A stretch of DNA of 64,000 nucleotides, taken from assembly GCA_027364845.1 (NCBI GenBank), contig DAHXOO010000008.1, forward strand, positions 121-64,120, given 5' to 3'. Under the pieces are notes generated by a model. The model did no database searches and was not told the origin of the DNA. It was given only the letters and a program-made list of their open reading frames with translations. Positions 58,786 to 64,000 of the stretch are shown here, one piece after another (the stretch's first letter is position 1; the number at the start of each line of letters is the position of its first letter). Position numbers and translations under genes: made by a program. The stretch comes from Pseudomonadota bacterium (lineage in GTDB: Bacteria > Pseudomonadota > Gammaproteobacteria > Acidiferrobacterales > UBA6901).

Positions 58786-59997
58786 ATGGTATCCCTTGGT
58801 TCCATAAGGCACACCGCGACAGCGCGGAGCTTTGCGGTTTTCGACACGCCGATTGGGCAATGCAGCATCGTCTGGAGCAAGCATGGAATCGTCGGCATAC
58901 AGTTTCCGGAGGCCCGAGAGCATGAGACGCGGGCGCACCTGCTTCGGCAATTCCCGGGCGCAACCGAAGTCTCGCCTCCGCCCGAGGCGCAACGGACAAT
59001 TGACGGTATCGTCGCACTGCTGCGCGGCGAGGAAAGCAATCTCGCCGCCACCCGGCTCGACATGGACAACGTGCCGCCATTTTACCGTCGAGTCTACGAG
59101 GCCACGCGTACAATTCCTCCGGGTGCAACACGCTCGTATGGCGACATCGCTGCACAGCTTGGCTCGCGCGGCGCCGCGCGAGCCGTGGGACAAGCACTCG
59201 GGCATAATCCGTTTGCGATCGTCGTGCCGTGCCATCGTGTACTTTCCGCTGGCGGCAGGATCGGCGGTTTCTCCGCGAACGGCGGCATTGCAACAAAGCT
59301 CCAACTCCTCACGATCGAGGCGACACGAGCAAGCGGACAATCCGGTCTCTTTGACGGCGACGGCACTTTTGGCTTCGATCCAGACGTGGCGACCAGACAT
59401 CTGCGCCGCACCGATCCGACACTCGCACGCGTTATCGATGCCGTCGGTCCTTTTCGCATGCAGATCAAGAGATCAACGAGCGTCTTCGCTGCGCTTGCGG
59501 AGGCAATTGTTCACCAGCAGCTCTCCGGCAAGGCTGCGGTAACCATCTTTGCTCGTTTGTGCGCACTATTCCCGCGTACATATGAAGGCCTTACGAGCGA
59601 GCATATCCTGAGCGCCTCCGACGAGAAGCTGCGCTCCGCCGGCCTTTCGCGCCCGAAGCTCCTCTCGCTCCGTGACCTTGCGCAACGGGCTGCTGCAGGC
59701 AAGATTCCCAATCTCGTAGAGATTCATCGCATGGCAGATGATGCGATCATCGAAAACCTCAGCGAAGTTCGTGGGATCGGACGTTGGACGGCGGAGATGC
59801 TGCTCATTTTCCGCCTCGGGCGCCCGGACGTGCTGCCGCTGGACGACTATGGCATCCGCAAAGGCTATGCGATCGCCTTCAGGAAACGCACGCTGCCGAA
59901 CCGCGCGGACCTCGAAAGACGCGGCATACGATGGAAGCCCTACCGCACAGTTGCGAGCTGGTATTTGTGGCATGCGGTCGAGCTGGCGAGAAAATAG
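58786..59997 (+). CDS. Fusion: O6-alkylguanine-DNA alkyltransferase + HhH-GPD DNA-3-methyladenine glycosylase (AlkA-like)
   Basis: IPPGATRSYGDIAAQLGSRGAARAVGQALGHNPFAIVVPCHRVLSAGGRIGGFSANGG; then AIVHQQLSGKAAVTIFARL...LSEVRGIGRWTAEMLLIFRLGRPDVLPLDDYGIRKGY. Confidence 0.93.
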   Translation: MVSLGSIRHTATARSFAVFDTPIGQCSIVWSKHGIVGIQFPEAREHETRAHLLRQFPGATEVSPPPEAQRTIDGIVALLRGEESNLAATRLDMDNVPPFYRRVYEATRTIPPGATRSYGDIAAQLGSRGAARAVGQALGHNPFAIVVPCHRVLSAGGRIGGFSANGGIATKLQLLTIEATRASGQSGLFDGDGTFGFDPDVATRHLRRTDPTLARVIDAVGPFRMQIKRSTSVFAALAEAIVHQQLSGKAAVTIFARLCALFPRTYEGLTSEHILSASDEKLRSAGLSRPKLLSLRDLAQRAAAGKIPNLVEIHRMADDAIIENLSEVRGIGRWTAEMLLIFRLGRPDVLPLDDYGIRKGYAIAFRKRTLPNRADLERRGIRWKPYRTVASWYLWHAVELARK

Positions 59998-60601
59998 CTG
60001 TAATGGATTGCGGATCGCCTCCGGGATCGGTGTCGATTTCGAAATCCAACGTCCCACACACGCTGGCCTAACTTGCGCCCCGGTTGCACATTCCTCCGAT
60101 AAACGTCGGACATTGTGAAATGTATGCAGGAATCTGAAAGCGTGACTCAAACCGGCCGCCTGACCCCTACCCTAGCCAGAAAAATGAACAAAAGCAGCTG
60201 GCACTCAATTCCGACATAGCAAGATCCGGGTTGAATGATACCAGCCCAGCCCCCCACAATGTGCGCAACTGGCAATAGGCCCCGGAGCGCGTTTCATGCA
60301 CAAAGCCATCGTTCCCTCCATGACCCGATGCAACGTCGCGTCCCTGTACCAATCGAGATGCGCATTCAACATGTACAGGCGGAAGGGCCGATATGGCTCG
60401 CTGGGGAATGCAACCGGATTGATCCTGGAAGGTGGCGACCAGTCATCATGGGTTTTCAGGAACTATATGGGCTCTGGCCGCGGCTACATGAGTCCACATT
60501 GGCCCGAGTTCCAGAATCCATGTACCGAAGCCTGGATATAGACCGCACGCGTGTTGCGACGGGAGACTGGTTTGCTATGGAAAACGTCTGAGGATGCCCA
60601 A

Positions 60602-61441
60602 ATGTCAGACTACGACCGCATAGCCAAGGCGATTGCTTTCATCGTCAGCCGTACGGACGGTCGGCCGACTTTGAATGAAATCGCGGCACATGTGCATCTC
60701 AGCCCCTTTCATTTTCAACGCGTATTCTGCCGCTGGGCAGGCGTGACTCCCAATAGATTCCTGCAGGTTCTTACGTTGGAGCGCGCCAAGCAGATGCTCC
60801 GGGAACCTAAGCCATTGCTCGAGGTTTCCGATGCCCTGGGGCTGAGCAGTGCCTCACGTCTGCATGACCACTTCGTTCAACTGGAAGCCGTTACGCCGGG
60901 TGAATTCAAAGCGGGAGGGGCGGGATTGTCCATTGAGTATTCCGTGCATGACACTCCCTTTGGCGGGACATTTATTGCCCTCACTTCCAGAGGCGTTTGC
61001 AGTTTTTCCTTCCTGGAGAACGCGGAAATCGACGAGCATTTGGCTGCGCTATCCAGAACATGGCCACGGGCAGCGGTGCGGGAGAATCGTCAACGAACAC
61101 TAGCGGTTATTAGGATTATGTTTGGCGGCAAAGAGAAGCCGGATCGTCCGCTGTCCTTACATGTCTCTGGCACGAACTTTCAGGTCAACGTCTGGAAGGC
61201 GTTGTTGCAGATCCCTCCGGGAACGGTCGCGAGCTATTCTCAGGTGGCAACGGCGATAGGCCGCCCTAATGCCGCAAGAGCGGTCGGTCTCGCCGTAGGC
61301 GCAAACCCCGTCGCGTTCCTTATTCCTTGCCACCGTGTTATCCAACAGAGCGGTAACCTCGGGGGATATCGCTGGGGTGAGCTGCGGAAACATGCAATCA
61401 ACTCGTGGGAGGCAGCAAGACATTGGTCACTCGATCCCTAG
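60602..61441 (+). CDS. AraC-type HTH plus methylated-DNA--cysteine methyltransferase (Ada-like, without N-terminal Ada zinc domain)
   Basis: LNEIAAHVHLSPFHFQRVFCRWAGVTPNRFLQVLTLERAKQML; ALLQIPPGTVASYSQVATAIGRPNAARAVGLAVGANPVAFLIPCHRVIQQSGNLGGYRWG. Confidence 0.94.
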   Translation: MSDYDRIAKAIAFIVSRTDGRPTLNEIAAHVHLSPFHFQRVFCRWAGVTPNRFLQVLTLERAKQMLREPKPLLEVSDALGLSSASRLHDHFVQLEAVTPGEFKAGGAGLSIEYSVHDTPFGGTFIALTSRGVCSFSFLENAEIDEHLAALSRTWPRAAVRENRQRTLAVIRIMFGGKEKPDRPLSLHVSGTNFQVNVWKALLQIPPGTVASYSQVATAIGRPNAARAVGLAVGANPVAFLIPCHRVIQQSGNLGGYRWGELRKHAINSWEAARHWSLDP

Positions 61442-61804
61442 CGTCTAGTTCCTGTCATTCCAGACCGCCAAGAGAATTGAATGACCGCTACCGCTCGTCA
61501 AACCAGAAATCCCGTTCTGCCATCTGCCCGGACTCCGGCTTTGTGGGCCGCCCTTACCGTATGACCGCCAGGCGGCTATGCCATGCCCGGGAATTCAAAC
61601 GGGCATTCACCTGCCGCGCAAGCAATGCTGAACTATTTTGTCCTTGGCGTCGGCGACTAAACGGCTACGCATACGGTAAGGTCACGCAGGAAGTGACGCC
61701 GGATTGCCCGAGGCTTGTCCAGCCAGTGAGTCATTAGGCTGCCATCACGCCCGAAAGGCGATCGGCAAGGTTGCTGGCTAGTAACACAACTGGGCAAGCG
61801 CTGG

Positions 61805-62770
61805 TCAGACGGACGACCTGGCGCGTCTTGTCCCAGCGACGAGTACCAATAGACCTGAACCTAATAACCAGAATGCGTCAGGAAGGGGAACGGTGGTGTT
61901 GTAACCCAGCACGTTCATTTCCGCGACGTCGCCGCTTGAGATGGGATAAACCTTACCGGAGCTGAAAAAAGCGTTGTACGCGTCGAGTGTCGATCCCGAC
62001 CAATCACCATAATCACCACTGGAATTGGAATTGAACGTATTGACCCTGGTCTTGCCGCCGTTCGTTGAGAAGATCGTTCCATTAGTGGGGTCGAAGGTCC
62101 CATTTGAATCGTACCGGAACAGATCCAGAGGGGCAAAACATGGAGAAGTGCCGATAATCGAAGAACATGCCGACGAGTCGCGAAAGCTGATGCGGCCCAT
62201 CACCTCGCTGATTTCGTGCTCCGCCACTCCGACAAAATAATACTGGCTGGATAAGGGGGTCCCGCCCGGATTGAAGTCCCAGGAGTAGCTGCTGCCGAAC
62301 CCGACGGCCCCGCCGGAGACAGGGCTATTGCATCCGCCCTTCGTATTCTGGGGTCCACATTCCATGGCCTTAACTTCGGCAGAAGGAATAAGAATGTTGT
62401 CGGCTGACGGATTATTGGTCGGGCTGGAGGTGTAGTAAGAAGACAAACCCGGATTGCCGCTCATCAGGCTTATCATCCCGTTGAACGAAGTAGGGTATAG
62501 ACTTGCTATCTTGCTTTCGCCCAGCGCATTCGACGACAGACCTGATCCACCGACCTCGCCCCAACCTACGTTCAGATCAATCGTAATCGGATTGGCGAAA
62601 GTGCTGTCATAATAATTAACGGCATCCTGGAACGCCGTCTTGAACCCGGCCGGAGCGCTATTGACGCTCGAGTCGTAGGTCACATTGAAACTCAGGGCCT
62701 GGGCCGATCCGGACGCTGCCAAACCGATAAGCAGTAAGGCACGCGCGACTCTCTCGTGCAGCGTAGACAT
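61805..62770 (-). CDS. exported NF038122-like putative metalloprotease with VPLP (PEP-CTERM-like) C-terminal sorting signal
   Basis: Signal peptide; FVGVAEHEISEVMGRIS; C-terminus VPLPDAFWLLGSGLLVLVAGTRRARSSV (motif, TM helix, Arg cluster). Confidence 0.82.
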   Translation of the reverse strand: MSTLHERVARALLLIGLAASGSAQALSFNVTYDSSVNSAPAGFKTAFQDAVNYYDSTFANPITIDLNVGWGEVGGSGLSSNALGESKIASLYPTSFNGMISLMSGNPGLSSYYTSSPTNNPSADNILIPSAEVKAMECGPQNTKGGCNSPVSGGAVGFGSSYSWDFNPGGTPLSSQYYFVGVAEHEISEVMGRISFRDSSACSSIIGTSPCFAPLDLFRYDSNGTFDPTNGTIFSTNGGKTRVNTFNSNSSGDYGDWSGSTLDAYNAFFSSGKVYPISSGDVAEMNVLGYNTTVPLPDAFWLLGSGLLVLVAGTRRARSSV

Positions 62771-63262
62771 GATTCCTCCCCTTCGTGGGACGCATGGAGC
62801 GCCCTGATCAGCGTACCGAAGCCGCCGAATATTATATTTAAACCAATTGCGTGTGGAATTATGCTATACACCGAGTTCCGGCACAAGATTGACTGACATA
62901 GGCGCGTCCGACGGGATCGAAAGTCCTTTTCCTGGGTGCCGGGAAATATCTGTCCGGGATTCCCAGAAATACCGTGGGAACCGCAGACTCTGTTACAAGC
63001 AGCGCCGGGCAAGACTTCCGGGAGATCCGCGACTTGGAACAAAAGCCGCCCCCCCAGGACATGCACTTAGGCATCGCGAAGGAGCCGCAAGGCATGGCCC
63101 TCTCCAGCCGTGCTTCAGCGCTATCCGGTGCGTGCGTTTTCGAGGCCGGCCCAGGTCTTGGCGTCGGCGCCGAACCGCTTAACAGCGCCGCGTCGCCGAC
63201 GCCTGGTAACGGGTAATGCGATATTCTCAAGGAAGCACCAATCTAGTACATTGGTCGTCATT

Positions 63263-64000
63263 ATGATTGTGTTACCGGAACTTGTCGCGCATCGCGGCTA
63301 TGCTCTGCACTATCCCGAGAACACCCTCGTCGCCATCGAGGCGGCGATCCGGGCCGGCGCCCACTATGTTGAAGTCGACATCCAGCTTACCTCCGACAGG
63401 CAGCCCGTGCTATTCCACGACCGCGATTTGGAGCGCATGTGCGGCGTCGCTGGGAGGGTGCATGAATTCTCGCTCGGGCGCCTGCGCGGTCTTCGCGCTT
63501 CCGAGTTTGGGCGTTTCGGTTACCAGTACGTGCATGTTCCAATCGCGACGCTTGCGGAATTCGTCGCCTTGCTGCAGCGCGAACCCCAGGTGACGGCGTT
63601 CATCGAAATTAAACGCATTGCGATCGAACGCTTTGGTGCAATCTCCGTGCTGGAACGGGTGCTGCCAGCGATTGAACTCGTCAAGAGCCAATGCGTGCTT
63701 ATTTCCTTCTCACAGGAATGCCTCTTGGCTGCACACCGCGGAGGCTGGCAGGACGTGGGCGTTATCTTAGAGCAGTGGGACGACCACAAGCGTGGCGCGG
63801 TCCCGGAGATCCGTCCGGACTACTTGTTCTGCGATGCAGTCAGCCTTCCGCGGTGGGGCAGGCTGCATACAGCGCCGGCCAAACTGGCAGTCTATGAAAT
63901 CACCGATCCAAATGAGGCGGTGGCGCTGGCCGGGCGGGGAGTAGGGCTGATCGAAACCTTTGCGATTGGCGAAATGCTATCAGCATTCGAGCTGATGCGT
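63263..64000 (+). CDS. glycerophosphodiester phosphodiesterase, 3' truncated by window edge
   Basis: Frame open to window end (absent from ORF track): LVAHRGYALHYPENTLVAIEAAIRAGAHYVEVDIQLTSDRQPVLFHDRDLERMCG...AFIEIKR. Confidence 0.93.
   Translation, partial: MIVLPELVAHRGYALHYPENTLVAIEAAIRAGAHYVEVDIQLTSDRQPVLFHDRDLERMCGVAGRVHEFSLGRLRGLRASEFGRFGYQYVHVPIATLAEFVALLQREPQVTAFIEIKRIAIERFGAISVLERVLPAIELVKSQCVLISFSQECLLAAHRGGWQDVGVILEQWDDHKRGAVPEIRPDYLFCDAVSLPRWGRLHTAPAKLAVYEITDPNEAVALAGRGVGLIETFAIGEMLSAFELMR

Noticed and set aside
59998-60591. ORFs 60235..60591 and 60296..60541 between the two repair genes
   Set aside because: Overlapping alternative frames without a recognisable domain or clear RBS; could be relic or non-coding.

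Overview
This 64 kb window is mostly a housekeeping region of a gammaproteobacterial-type chromosome. The lineage is inferred from gene content and synteny only, possibly a sulfur/iron-oxidising Acidiferrobacter/Chromatiales-like organism. From left to right it carries: rsmA (5' truncated); plsC, a degenerate gmhB, mazG-like, glyS, glyQ and mtgA; a PP-loop thiolase-like protein, TusA and a CDF transporter; glnA-ntrB-ntrC with recognisable NtrC boxes and a sigma-54 promoter; two ubiH-family hydroxylases and pepP; a PA2779/PA2778-like pair; a complete IS1634/IS4-like element with perfect terminal inverted repeats; tamB/tamA flanked by transposase debris; zapB-zapA-6S RNA-5-FCL; GST/EVE/GST; ppi; ilvA; rpiA; a sigma-54 response regulator and histidine kinase divergent from a tiny His/Lys/Arg-rich exported protein behind a consensus sigma-54 promoter; trxC; an H1-like-tailed protein; a cNMP-binding/rhodanese fusion; rof; a PEGA/SHOCT lipoprotein; pntA1-pntA2-pntB; trmB-thiG-thiS; tRNA-Gly(CCC); asmA-like; mutY-yggX; FecR/SPOR; a CCAEP-tailed radical SAM protein; tRNA-Phe with an IS3 tail remnant; LysR/oxidoreductase; two alkylation-repair genes (MGMT-AlkA fusion and AraC-MGMT); a VPLP-tail exported 'HEISE' putative metalloprotease; and a 3'-truncated glycerophosphodiester phosphodiesterase. 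The strongest novelty candidate is the 35.4-39.0 kb locus. It has ZraPSR-like architecture (kinase and sigma-54 regulator divergent from a small exported protein) but an effector that does not look like ZraP. Other notable items are the HAD protein with its GmhB catalytic motifs substituted, the CCAEP-tail radical SAM protein, the PP-loop/NFACT-R-like protein coupled to TusA, and the PA2779/PA2778 pair. No CRISPR array was seen. All family assignments come from reading motifs, not from database searches.
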